Assembly (NCBI GenBank): GCA_964016885.1
Contig: OZ024755.1
Coordinates: 4,092,001-4,156,000, forward strand
Reading direction: 5' to 3'
Source: Eledone cirrhosa
Taxonomy: Eukaryota
DNA length: 64,000 nucleotides
Position 1 is the stretch's first letter. Each line of letters starts with the position of its first letter. The position numbers were made by a program, and so were the translations under genes. Below, in pieces: positions 13,351-28,139 of this stretch. The notes below the pieces were generated by a model, which saw only the letters and a list, made by a program, of their open reading frames with translations, was not told where the DNA came from and made no database searches.

Positions 13351-13454
13351 ACTAATAAAGAAAGCATGTATAAGTGTGTGCTTCTGTGCGTGTGTGTGTA
13401 TGTATGTGTGAAAATGTACGAATACATATGTATGTGTATGTACAATATGCTTCA

Positions 13455-13700
13455 TTCACTTCTCGTTTGTTCATCATAATCTCGAATCAAAATTATTCGA
13501 TACTTAACGCAATGTAAGGTCTTCTGTGAAGATCGCGTGGCATGATTCAAAGGAGATTTCTTCGTCTATCAGCAATTTGCCAAATAGTTTAATTACGGTT
13601 TTTGGTAGAATCAGGTCGAAGTAGGTCACGTGATTGTCACGTAGGTTTGTATAATCATTTTCATTATTGCATTGTATGAAAATAAACCTCGACCTGAACA
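13455..13700 (-). pseudogene. Decayed mariner (Tc1/mariner) transposase, HTH-region fragment
   Basis: DNHVTY...IDEEISFESCHAIFTEDLTLR*VS resembles the mariner motif IADEVGISFGSCHAILTEDLGMRRVS. Confidence 0.6.
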
Positions 13701-14116
13701 CGCCAACTGCTTTTGAAATACTAGCAGGGAGCAGTGAACTTGTGAATCAACTAATCCCCTGATAAACGACAGATTTATTCAAGCAAGCAAACTAACATTG
13801 GGAAACGCAGTTCATAAGATTTCAAGAATATTACTATTCCATTTATTCAATTGTTCATGCATAATTCGAGTCACGCACACACGTAGTCGTTGTTCCGTTG
13901 TTTAATTCTTGTCGTAATATTTCATCAAGAACGGACTCACTTCCTCAGCATTTAGTCCAGTAGTTGTTTATGATACTGCAATAATATTGTTCTAGAAACA
14001 AAACAAAATGAATTCCGTCGTTTTAAACGGCTGTTCGGTGCAGTTCCTTTTCTTTAAAATACGAGGGTTAGGGTCATTTTAAATGGCTGTTCAGTGCAGT
14101 TTCTTTTCTTTAAAAT

Positions 14117-14520
14117 ACGAGGGCCGGCTGAAAGGTTCCCAGGCTGTCTATGAAGGAGCCACCTTTTTAATAACAACTCTGTGATTATTCAATAGTACAT
14201 CTAGTGTTGAATATTAATTCAAGTAGCCAACGTTTTCCACTCACACAGACTCACACAGACACATATACACACAGACACATACACAAACACAGACATACAA
14301 ACACAGACATACACATACACAAACATACAAAAGCACACACATAGACAAACATACACACACATATACAATTGAACTCATGACCTCATCATGCATCCGTCTG
14401 AAAAATATGGTGATAAGCCAAGATTTTGGATGAAACAATTCTTCAAATTGTGAATTTTTTAAGATCAGCTTCCAACTCACTTTCAATCAATTATGAATTC
14501 TTGTGAACGGAAGCCATTAT
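14117..14520 (-). mobile_element. Mariner element 3' remnant with terminal repeat, interrupted by a CA-rich tract
   Basis: TACGAGGG terminus at 14117; minus strand LKNSQFEELFHP (cf. ..FELLPHPPYSPDLAP) and KRW..Y.E* end. Confidence 0.6.
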
Positions 14521-14777
14521 TTGTTTCTTTTCCACAGAAATATTGGTTGGCTTTCAAGAGGAAATATAACAAGTATTTGAGCCTAAGGATGAGTAGAAAT
14601 TAGTTTTTAAAAGTTCAAGGTGAATTGGAATTGTTTGCTTGGCTGAATGGTGAGACACAGTTTTAACTCTTTAGCATTTAAACCGGCCATATCCGGCCAG
14701 AATTCTCTCACCTCTTTCTGTTCAAACCAGCTGTAACCAGCCACTCATACCGACGTTAAGGTATTGTTCTCAAAGTA

Positions 14778-14961
14778 AGTAATTGTTTCTACTTTTGGCA
14801 CAAAGCCAGCAATTAACCAGTGCATTACTGGTACTTTATTTTATCGACCCTGTAAGGGTGAAAGGCAAAGTTAACCTCGGCGGGATTTGAACTCAGAATG
14901 GCAAGGGCCGTAACTCTATGCGTCAAAGCATGGCACCCGACCCTCTACCGATACTGCCAAT
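14778..14961 (-). mobile_element. Nin-domain SINE nested in TTAA MITE
   Basis: MITE sequence resumes at 14962 in register with the 11340 copy. Confidence 0.85.
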
Positions 14962-15225
14962 GTAATATCAAAATCATAAATTCGATGTTATGTGAGGTAA
15001 AGCATTTACTGTGAAAATACAACAGTATAGAGAGAGTAATGTAAATGCTAAAGGATTAATCCTGCTGGGTTTGCAACAAATCTCTTCTTAACCAGGCATG
15101 CTTGATTTAGGGGAATGATTCCCTAGTAATCAGTCAGGTGGTTTTCTTTTGGGTTTGGTTCTAGTTGCTTGTATCTCAGACCTGCCAACCTCTAAAATCC
15201 CAAACGGGGAGTACTATGAAAAACC

Positions 15226-15450
15226 TTGTTTGAGGACTCTGCCCTCACGACCCTCTCGGGAATAAGTGGGTTAAGAAGAAGAAGAAGAAGATGGTTGAAT
15301 AATGAGCTTGGCTGGTCCCGCTTGGGGATCCAGCTGGATCGGTTGGAGACAGTTGCTTCTGACAGGACCCACTGGAAGGAGTGTTTGAGGACCCCCCCCC
15401 CCCCCCACGACCCTCTCAGGATTAAGTGGGAGAAGAAGAATAAGAAGATT
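15226..15450 (+). mobile_element. Two tandem RTE 3' ends (same family as 9965)
   Basis: CACGACCCTCTC.GGA.TAAGTGGG(GAA)n occurs twice; the longer copy follows the tail of the shorter. Confidence 0.8.
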
Positions 15451-16348
15451 ATCCATCAACTTGCAGACGTCGAGGTAAACCTAAGTGGTATCTAACCAGT
15501 TTGGCAAATATTACAAATATGATGAACATTCGCCACTCTTTTTTTGGAGGAGGGAGAAAATTTCCACTTTTGATAGAACCAGTTTAGATACAATTCAATG
15601 TGTGACATCTATAAAACATTGTAGTCTGATACATCTGGGGAATATCCTCGGGTTTTTAAACCAATAAACAGCTAAATACAACAACTTGATGAAAAGAGAA
15701 TGCTTACTTTTATATCGGGCTGCATACCAATATACAATGCTTTATTTGTTTGTTTAGGATAAAAATAATATTCTATAGATGAATAATTTTTATGTTTGAT
15801 AGAAAATATTTGATAGAAAAACGTATTTCACATACGGAAGAAAAAACATGAATAAATTATGTATATAAGAAGAAAAATGAAATATATCGTTGAAATAATA
15901 TGATCTGAAGAAGAACAAAATCTCGTCTGCTGACGAAATGTTACTGGTATGAGGAAGGTTGAGTAATAAAAAGAAAATCTAATAAATTTGAAGATTGCAA
16001 AGAAAAAAGTGCAGATGTAAAACTTCTTGAAATAACAACAGTTATTACTAGAGGCGTACAGGCAATAAATATAGGAGACACATTAAACATATATGAGGAA
16101 TCAGGTTGTACTTGTTCATTGAATGACCTTCATAATATTAAACTACATGAAACAGTAAACAGGCGAACTTGATAATCTACGTATATCACGTATGCGTATA
16201 ATTACGTATATACACACACACATTATCTACTCTCTCTCTCCCCCTCTCTCTCTCTCTCCCTCCCTCTCTCTCTCTATCTATCTATCTATCTATTTATATA
16301 TATCACGAACAGTGCTTCCAATAAATAGCAGACACAAAATTACAACGA

Positions 16349-16386
<38 letters not shown>

Positions 16387-16395
16387 GTATATATA

Positions 16396-16592
16396 TACGA
16401 TATTAAACAAATGGAAACTATATTTATAACATACAATATATAAACAGTTTTATAAATAATTTTGACGTACCATAAATATGAGCGACCATTATGTAGGAAT
16501 TATTATTTATAAAACTGTTTATATATTGTATTTTATCTGACGAAGGCATGCCATATTTTTAATATTGTATATCCAAAAACTTGTCGAGTGCT
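16396..16592. mobile_element. TA-embedded element with inverted repeat and degenerate hammerhead (related to 48527-48790)
   Basis: Shares TACGATATT(A)AACAAATGGAAACTATATTTATAA with 48527; internal IR ~16433-16531; TTTTAT-CTGACGA present. Confidence 0.65.
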
Positions 16593-16602
16593 TTATATCA
16601 GT

Positions 16603-16662
<60 letters not shown>

Positions 16663-16826
16663 GTAGGAGGTGAGTTTTATTGTAGTACTATAAAGCAATG
16701 CAGATATCGGATAAGAAGCACTCTACAGTTTGTAGGACTGGAGTATACATAATATATAAGAACAAATGTTGATTTAAAACTGCACTATCCACAAGTGTTT
16801 TTTAACCTTCATATCATGTCTTCCTG

Positions 16827-16893
16827 TTTAATCTGATGAAAACACAAATATTATTGCATGATGATATTTGTTTTTGAAATGCGCATAATAAAA
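16827..16893 (+). ncRNA. Type I hammerhead ribozyme (family B, copy 1; element 16757-16926)
   Basis: TTTAAT-CTGATGA-long stem II-GAAA-TGCGCA-TA-ATAAAA. Confidence 0.75.
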
Positions 16894-16923
16894 TACATGG
16901 AATTCTTTTAACCATCTTTTGTT

Positions 16924-16970
<47 letters not shown>

Positions 16971-16975
<5 letters not shown>

Positions 16976-17171
16976 AAAAAGTATGACCACGACGGCAGAG
17001 CTCAAGCCGTTTCGACGGCTATTTCTGGACTCTGAGTCCAGAAATAGCCGTCGAAACGGCTTGAGCTCTGCCGTCGGGGTCATACTTTTTCCTATTTCCC
17101 ACTCTACTACCCTAAGTATTGAGTACTCTGGTGCGTTATGGTCCATCTGGTTCCTTACCACAATTCCTTTG

Positions 17172-17173
<2 letters not shown>
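16971..17173. mobile_element. Palindromic TA-embedded element, family I (62-bp arms 16971-17032 / 17034-17095 plus ~78-bp tail)
   Basis: One mismatch between arms; copies at 18957-19160 and 50541-50731, partials at 2941, 4526, 56316. Confidence 0.9.
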
Positions 17174-17221
<48 letters not shown>

Positions 17222-17390
17222 GTTGTAATTCGACTCCCATGTACGTCAATACTCATCTTTTTCCATTTCTCCGAGGGTTCTTAACCCCACTATCAGGCTA
17301 AATAATTTCTTTAATTTCTTTAGTCAAATTACGGCGATAGCTTACATTTATAATAATTTCAAACCCGCTCGATGTTCCGAAAATATTCTT

Positions 17391-17448
<58 letters not shown>

Positions 17449-17511
17449 TATGTTGATTTAAAACTGCACTATCAACAAGTGTTTTTTTAGCCTTCATATC
17501 ATGTTCTCCTG

Positions 17512-17578
17512 TTTTATCTGATGAAAACACAAATATTATTGCTTGATGATGTTTGTTTTTGAAATGCGCATAATAAAA
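17512..17578 (+). ncRNA. Type I hammerhead ribozyme (family B, copy 2; element 17451-17612)
   Basis: Stem I TTTTAT/ATAAAA, CTGATGA, stem II ACAAATATTAT../..TGATGTTTGT, GAAA, palindromic ATGCGCAT stem III; predicted cleavage after A17572. Confidence 0.85.
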
Positions 17579-17639
17579 TATATGGAACTCCTTTAACCAT
17601 CTTTTGATCTTATATTATATACATATATATATATATATC

Positions 17640-18000
17640 ATAGATTGAGTTAGAAACTCAAAATAGTCTTTTACAATTAAATAGCTCAAAGAAGGGAATC
17701 TTTCCGAGCCGTGTAATACAATTGAATATATGAGAGGGGTGAACACAGATACAAGTATACATACGTTCGAATTGCAAATGACCAAATATATGTAAAAGGT
17801 AAACAGAAATAACAACACAATCGGTACAGTATATGGAAGGTATATATTAGGTTAACGCTTGATATAGCAGGAAGAGGGTCTTAACGTTTCGACGCTAGTC
17901 CTTCGTCATGAGAAATAAAATAGATTGAGGGGACGGGCGAGATGGAATTGGAAAAAATGTCTTTAGATAAAAATAACAGGTCCATTCGTGTTGACATCTC
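17640..18000 (-). mobile_element. Longest copy of family A element; hammerhead core mutated (CTGA>ATGA)
   Basis: Identity to 3082-3300. Confidence 0.8.
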
Positions 18001-18880
18001 TTATATATTCGTTGTAATTTTGTGTCTGCTATTTATTGAAAGCACTCTACGTGATATGTATGTGGTTCCCTTAATTTCTGTGAGTTTGTAGTCCTGAAAT
18101 TAGGGTTATGTATTTGCCTTCCCAAATAGGGATATTGTCTCCATTTTCTCATCTTTGTGTTTGGATAATTTCTTCATGTCTTTTGGCAATATATTAGCGT
18201 CTGTTGGGAGTAAAAGATCGATGAGATGTATTTTCATCTCTTAAAAGTCAATATCTAATCTATGTGTTTTGATCTCTCTGTCTGTGTGGCTCAGCATATC
18301 TCGGATTGTGGTCTCATTATCTCAGACATCTGCAGTCGACCTAATATATGCTTATCTCTTATTTCTATTGCATTAAAAGAAATTAGAAACAAATCAATCC
18401 CAATGGCTAGGAGGTCAATCTAAAGTTGACGACTTTTGCTGCAAGAATAAAATATATTCTCACATCTCTACTGCAGCAAATATAGTATATATATTTCACT
18501 GATGAGGTCAAAATAATGCCGGAACATGGTTGTCTTCTGTACTTAACTAAATAGTCAAAATAACTACTAACATTGTTTTTATTTGATTATTATATTATTA
18601 TTATTTTTTTTTTTTGTAGTGATAATATTAAAAGTGATGATGATGTGGGCGTTGTGGTGGCGGTGGTGGTGGTGGTGGGGAAGGTGGTGGGGAAGGTGGT
18701 GATGGTAGGTGTGGGGAGGATAATGAATCATTTTTGCTTTATTGGCAAGCTGAACTATCCAAATTAATATTCTTGGTTAAGTTTGGCTTGCTAATGGAGC
18801 ACGAATCGATGTAAAACGCCAAAATACACCAACAAACACACACATCCTCTGTCTATATGTTTATACACACTCACATACAT

Positions 18881-18956
<76 letters not shown>

Positions 18957-18959
<3 letters not shown>

Positions 18960-19160
18960 GGAGAATGTATGACCCGGACGGCAGAGCTCAAGCTGTTTCG
19001 ACGGCTATTTCTGGATTCAGAGTCCAGAAATAGCCGTCGAAACGGCTTGAGCTCTGCCGTCGAGATCATACTTTCTCCTATTACCCACTCTACTACCCTA
19101 AGTATTGAGTACTCTGGTGCGTTATGGTCCATCTGGTTCCTTACCACAACTCCTCTGTTA
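18957..19160. mobile_element. Palindromic family I element, copy 2
   Basis: Arms 18957-19018 / 19020-19081; same tail. Confidence 0.9.
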
Positions 19161-19761
19161 TATATATATATTAAGATTGGTACAACCGTTCAGTTCTAAC
19201 CAATCTCCGAAGTGCAAGGTTTAATGACACGATTCCTACTTTACGTCTTATTAGGTCTTTCAGAGTCGTTTTAAGGTCTCTCCGTTTGTTTATTCATAGC
19301 AAGGATCGCAAAATAGTTTACCTACTTCCATTTTGTTTGCATATTATTTTCTCAGCTTGTTGCAAATGTCAGTGTAGATACGCATATCACCCTCTATCTC
19401 TCTCTCTCTCTCTTTAATAGTCTCTCACACTCTCTCTCTCTTTTTCTTTCTCTCACTCACTCTCTCTCTCTCTCTCTCTTTCTCTCACGCTCTCTCTCTC
19501 TCTTTCTCTCTCTTTCTTTCTCTCACTCTCTTTCTCTCTCTCACTCTCCCTGTCTCTCTCTCTCACGCTGTCTCTCTGTCTATATCTATCTCTCACTCCC
19601 TCTCCATCTCTCTCTCTCTCGCTCTGTTTCTCTCTCTCAGTCTCTCTCATACGCTCTCACCTATAACATATACTCTCTCTGTCACTATAGAATATTCAAT
19701 TTTTCTTTTTTCCTCTTTCGTTTTCTTACATCTATCCAGACATATACACGTGGATTTCTGA

Positions 19762-19824
<63 letters not shown>

Positions 19825-19934
19825 CAGAGAGAGAGATCGGGGTTCATTTTTCTGTCCTATCTCTCTCTCCCTCCACTCTATCTTTCTCTGTGTGTCTTAA
19901 AGAATGATGATGATATATATGTGTGCGTGCATAT

Positions 19935-20098
19935 ATCATCATCATCTACGTTTAACGTCCATTTTCCACGCTAGCATGGGTTAGACGGGAGTTGTCCCAC
20001 TTGAGGCAAGGCTGGTCGAATGACCATCTCTCGCTCATATAGGACTATCTGGCAGGTTTTCTACGGCTGGATGCCCTTCCTAGCACCAACCACATTTA
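19935..20098 (-). mobile_element. RTE-related SINE/LINE fragment with (GAT)n tail
   Basis: GGTTGGTGCTAGGAAGGGCATCCAGCCGTAGAAAACC...GGACGTTAAACG(ATG)n on minus strand; motif recalled from RTE-associated repeats. Confidence 0.55.
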
Positions 20099-20296
20099 CA
20101 GTGTGGAACTGGGAACTTTTTACCGTGTTACCTACACGACCACATTACAGCGTGGACTGTGTCTTTTTTGTCGTGACACCTACACGATCTCGATCTCATT
20201 TATCTCATTTATTTGGACTGGATGTTGTGGTACCAACTTTATAGAGAGAGGGTGGTGTTGGTGGGAGTGGGAAGATAGGGTAGGGGTATAAATATA

Positions 20297-20330
<34 letters not shown>

Positions 20331-20378
20331 CATATATATATACATATATATATATACATATATATATATACATATGTA

Positions 20379-20418
<40 letters not shown>

Positions 20419-20424
20419 CATATG

Positions 20425-20459
<35 letters not shown>

Positions 20460-20488
20460 GTATATATATATATGTATATATATATATG

Positions 20489-20551
<63 letters not shown>

Positions 20552-20553
20552 GT

Positions 20554-20587
<34 letters not shown>

Positions 20588-21305
20588 ATATACATACATA
20601 GAAAGTAATTACTTTCTGTTTATTCTCAATTTCTAATTCTTTCTGTCTCTTTAAACTCTATCCTTATCATACTCTCCCCCGCCCCCTGCCCTCTCTCCCT
20701 CTCTCTGCCCCCCCCCCCTCTCTATCTGCCCTATCTCCCTCTCTCTGCCCCCCCTCTCTATCTGCCCTCTCTCCTCCTCGCTCACACTCTCTCCTCCTCG
20801 CTCGCCATCTCTCCTCCTCGCTCGCCCTCTCTCCCCCTCTCTCTCCTCTCCCTCTCTCCCACTCTTCTTTTCCACTCTCCCACTCTTCTCTGCCCCCTCT
20901 CCCCCCTCTGCCCCTCTCTCCCCTTCTCTCCCCTTCCTCTCCCCTCTCTCTGCACTCTCCTCGTTAGAAAACACCTTTCACTCATAAATCATTTATACAG
21001 TAAAAGTAAAAGTAAGACAATATTTAAATCTGAATATAAAATTAATGGCGATATATGTTGGCACAAAGGTGACATCATATAGATTGTAAATCACGTTAGA
21101 CAGGATAAGGAGCACCAGTAATACCCAATTGTCTCGTTACAGACGATAATTCCTTACCATAAACAGGTCTGTCTTTGTATATTGTATGGATTGTCCCGTA
21201 TCTCCTGTAGGAGTCGTAGGAACGCCGCATTTACAAACTGTGTTTCTTAGGCTTTTTTTGTTTTTAAAACCTGGTGGCGTTTATCTCTTCTCCAAGTCTG
21301 AATGC

Positions 21306-21345
<40 letters not shown>

Positions 21346-21424
21346 ACAGAGTACAATAAGGATATCGTAAGAACAGAATAGAGATTATTTAACCTTGCAT
21401 TCCTGATCTTTCTTAATATCTCAG

Positions 21425-21470
<46 letters not shown>

Positions 21471-21573
21471 TGTGGAGGAACTAACGAACAGAGAGAGAGA
21501 GAGAATTAGAGGGAATGGAGGTGTGAAAGATATATAGACGAAGAATCGACCCTAAAATTTGACTGGTACTTTA

Positions 21574-21898
21574 CAGTAGCAACAACAACAGCAGCAGCAG
21601 TAGCAATAGCAACAGCAGCAGCAGTAGCAACAACAGCAGCAGCAGTAGCAATAGCAACAACAACAACAGCAACAGTAGCAATAGCAACAACAGCAGCAGC
21701 AGTAGCAACAACAGCAGCAGCAGCAGTAGCAATAGCAACAACAACAGCAACAGTAGCAATAGCAACAACAGCAGTAGCAATAGCAACAACAGCAGCAGCA
21801 GTAGCAATAGCAACAACAACAACAGCAACAGTAGCAATAGCAACAACAGCAGCAGCAGTAGCAACAACAGCAGCAGCAATAGCAACAACAGCAGCAGT

Positions 21899-21930
<32 letters not shown>

Positions 21931-21972
21931 TAGCAATAGCAACAACAACAACAGTAGCAACAACAACAACCA
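21574..21972. repeat. (AGC/AAC/AGT/AAT)n compound trinucleotide array
   Basis: Direct reading. Confidence 0.95.
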
Positions 21973-22275
21973 TTGTATGTAGAGAGAGAAATAACGAGAG
22001 ACAAGCTTGAGTGTAGAAGAAAGACGATTATTTGTTGCTAAGATCGGGGGGGGGCGGACCCCAAATATTTAAACAAACAAAAAACAAACCAAACCAAACC
22101 AAACCAAACCGAAAATATTAAAAAATAACAAGGAAAAAACTAAAACCTAAATGAAGAACGCTTGCTCTGATAACAAACAAAATATTGACATATTGTCATA
22201 ATGGAGTTCTCTCTGGAAGGGATTTAATATTTGTCTCGACAAGTAAAATATTTTATGTGCGAGAAGAATTCAATG

Positions 22276-24636
<2,361 letters not shown>

Positions 24637-24778
24637 GAATGTGGCGAAAGAAGGGGCGGGAGAGGTTATGTTATAATGGGATTTGCAATTGATCTCGAGA
24701 GTACAAAGGTTGTGGTAGGGAGATAGTAGATACAACAACAATTACAAGAACAATAACATTTTACAACTGACGTTTTTT

Positions 24779-24829
<51 letters not shown>

Positions 24830-25029
24830 AGGTTGTAGTAGTAGTAGTAGTTTCGAAGTTTTTTACCATTTTAGAATGCAAAGAGCTAAACTAATCACTG
24901 CAACTAAGTTGTCCAAATCCCCCACCACACCCACATTCAGAAATGCTTCCACCGCTCCTCATATATACATACATACATACATATATATATATACATATAT
25001 ATATACATATATACATAGATACATACATA

Positions 25030-25643
25030 TATGGTGGCTGCCAACTCGTTTTCGAGTACGGCCACTACTTTATATCCATGTAGGAGAACCCCTACCGATG
25101 CGCTGAACGAGTGTGACTTTTTAGTCCAGCCAGCGACTTGAAAACTCTGGTACAAACACTACACTTGTGACAATTATTGATACATAGTGCTGGGCCCATG
25201 GTACCATGTGACGACAAGTGCAGAGAGATCTCCAGATATAAAGCAATGCCTGTGCCGTGAAGCTTTTATAGTGAGCAAAGGCACTGCACAAAGCCAGTCC
25301 CACTCTCTTAACCAAGATGATATTTACCAAAAAGAAGAACAAGTCAACATCATTGGATACCATCAGGGTTGCAGGTGTTATATCAGAGTTTTCCCTCTCC
25401 TAGAATTCTGCCTTGATAAAGGCTAAGGGGTCATCTCTCCCGGTGATTTTGGATGGCCATTGACTCTTAAGAGCTCCTTTTCCCTTTGACAGGTTTTGTT
25501 TTTAGTCCTGCAGGATGTCCAAAGTCACCCTCCTCACCAAGAAACCTTGGTGGGGTTGCCAGTTTAGTCGCCAACGACCCGACCATGAGACAGGTTGTAC
25601 TGGGATACATGTTACCAGTAGCACCAACTGGTGACCTGACATA
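25030..25643 (-). mobile_element. ~610-bp non-autonomous element in (TATG)n; 5'-truncated inverted copy 25849-26154; full copy 46016-46630
   Basis: Three near-identical copies; contains CTAGGAGAGGGAAAACTCTGAT (RTE 5'UTR-like) and a 3' hairpin GTGGC..ACTCG-AAAA-CGAGT..GCCAC. Confidence 0.85.
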
Positions 25644-25751
25644 CATACATATATACATACAAACATGCATGCATGTATGTATGTATGCATATATGTATAT
25701 ATGTATGTATGTATATATGTATATATATATGTATATATGTATATATATATG

Positions 25752-25786
<35 letters not shown>

Positions 25787-26784
25787 ATATGTATATATAT
25801 ATGTATGTATATATGTATATATATATGTATGTATGTATATATATATTATTCTTTTTGGTAAATATCATCTTGGTCAAGAGAGTGGGACTGGCTTTGTGCA
25901 GTGCCTTTGCTCACTATAAAAGCTTCACGGCACAGGCATTGCTTTATGTCTGGAGATATCTCTGCACTTGTCGTCACATGGTACCATGGGCCCAGCACTA
26001 TGTGTCAATAATTGTCACAAGTGTAGTGTTTGTACCAGAGTTTTCAAGTCGCTGGCTGGACTAAAAAGTCACACTCGTTCAGCGCACCGGTAGGGGTTCT
26101 CCTACATGGATATAAAGTAGTGGCCGTACTCGAAAACGAGTTGGCAGCCACCATATATGTATGTATCTATGTATCTATGTATATATGTATATATATATGT
26201 ATGTTTGTATGTATATACGCATATTTGTATGTATGTATCTATGTATTTATCTATGTGTCTGTATATATGTATGTATGCATGTATGTATGCATGTATGTAT
26301 GTTGGTATGTATATATGTATGTATGTATGTATGTATCTATGTATGTATGTATATACTTATATTTGTATATATGTATGTTGGTTTATATATATGTAACTTA
26401 ATCTCTCTGACTTAGTCAATATTGTACCTTAGTTTTGTCTTTCAACTAGTAATAAATACAACATGTACTGAAAGGGCGTGTATTGTGAGTATAGTGGTAC
26501 CATTTCTATAGATTACCCCAGCTCTTGGCTTCTCATGACACAACTTAGGATTTGTTCTCAAATCAAATAGTAAAGACAAGGGACAAACATTAAGTCATAT
26601 TGAAGTCGTATTATGTATAGAAATAGCCTAATTATTATGTTTACTTATGTCAGGGTAGCAGATTATGTGTAGTAGTAGACTCTGTAACTACAGTCACCAT
26701 ACAGCACTGATCAGCAAAGTCTTATTGTTGATTTAATCAACTCCGCACCTATTTGTACATTGAAAAATCATGTAAACAAACAAC

Positions 26785-27322
26785 TGCGGCCGCAGCCGAA
26801 ATGGACTCAACAATTGATCTCCACGTGGGTATGTCGTTCATTGCCGTTGCCAAGTCCTGGATTTCAATACCAGAATCTCTGGAGATGACATCGGGGTAGG
26901 AGAGTTTGCCGCAATCTGTTATTAGTGTCTGCTTGCGGATTCCAAAGCACTAATGGGGACACAGCCTCAGAGGTGGCAAGATGGCAATGGCCAGCAAATC
27001 AGGATAGGAGAGCTTGCGCCCCCTGTTATTAGTGACTGCTTGTGGTTTCCAAAGCACTAATGGGGACACAGCCTCAGAGGTGGCACGATGGCAATGGCCA
27101 GAAAATCAGGATAGGAGAGCTTGTGACCCCTGTTATTAGTGACTGCTTGTGGTTTCCAAAGCACTAATGGGGACACAGTCTCAGAAGTGGCACGATGGCA
27201 GTGGCCAGCAAATCAGGATAGGAGAGCTTGCGTCCCCTGTTATTAGTGACTGCTTGCGGTTTCCAAAGCACTAATGAGGACACAGCCTCAGAGGTGGCAC
27301 GATGGCAATGGCCAGAAAATCT
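26785..27322 (-). mobile_element. RTE LINE 3' fragment with 107-bp unit repeated 4 times (26897-27322)
   Basis: Minus strand RFSGHCHRATSEAVSSLVLWKPQ..RGRKLSYP x4, then DVISRDSGIEIQDLATAMND..WRSIV. Confidence 0.8.
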
Positions 27323-27379
27323 TACTCTCCTTTTACGTACTACAACAGATGATGATGACCAACTGCAGAACCTTATGAT

Positions 27380-27740
27380 GAACTTCCGAAAGTTTCATTA
27401 AAAGTTCAACAAAGAATGATGTTACTCGCAGGTCACTGCATCAGCTCAATGATAAGATGGTAAACAGGTTAGTGATCTGGTAACCTACTGAGGGCGGAAC
27501 CTGTAGAAGAAGGATGTGACTCCCAGACCACTGCATCAGATTCAATGATGAAGTGACATAAAAGTTTCCCCTCTGGTAACCTACTGAGGGGAGAACCTGT
27601 AGAGGAAAAAGGTGACAAAAATCACCTAGGTTGGCACTCTGCTAGAAGACTTAGTGGAGACAATGGAGGAAATGAAGAGCATCATGAAAGACCGTGGCAA
27701 AGAGAAGTGACGTGGAGCGTCCCACTGAACGACCGAGGAT
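27380..27740 (+). mobile_element. Old RTE LINE 3' fragment with ~95-bp internal duplication
   Basis: AGHCI..RLVIW*PTEG.TCRR segment present twice; ends EEMKSIMKDR. Confidence 0.6.
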
Positions 27741-28047
27741 AAGATAGCATATGATAAGATGGATTTTAACATTACTCCAATATTACGAAAACTGAGATTG
27801 CCGTATAATGAGCTGGAAGTCTTGAGAGATTACAAGAAGTAAATTCTTCATTTAGTCTCTCGTCTCAGTTTACTAGATTTGTTGTTAAGTTCAAGTCTCG
27901 TAGTGAACTGTTTAGTCTTGTCTCCATTCAGACAGCGAGAAAACAGAGAAAATGACTGAGTGGCCGGATGTAGTGCAAACTGGTAGGACGGTTTAAGCTG
28001 TCGAACAAATGCCTCGATGGCAATTGTGCTAGTGTATATGTATGTAA

Positions 28048-28093
<46 letters not shown>

Positions 28094-28139
28094 ATTATCG
28101 ATAATAAATTCTCAACACAGTTGCTTGCTATCATATGAT

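Noticed and set aside
18495-18535. CTGATGA motifs here and at 58672 / 50318
   Set aside because: GAAA or stems missing; at most decayed or truncated hammerheads
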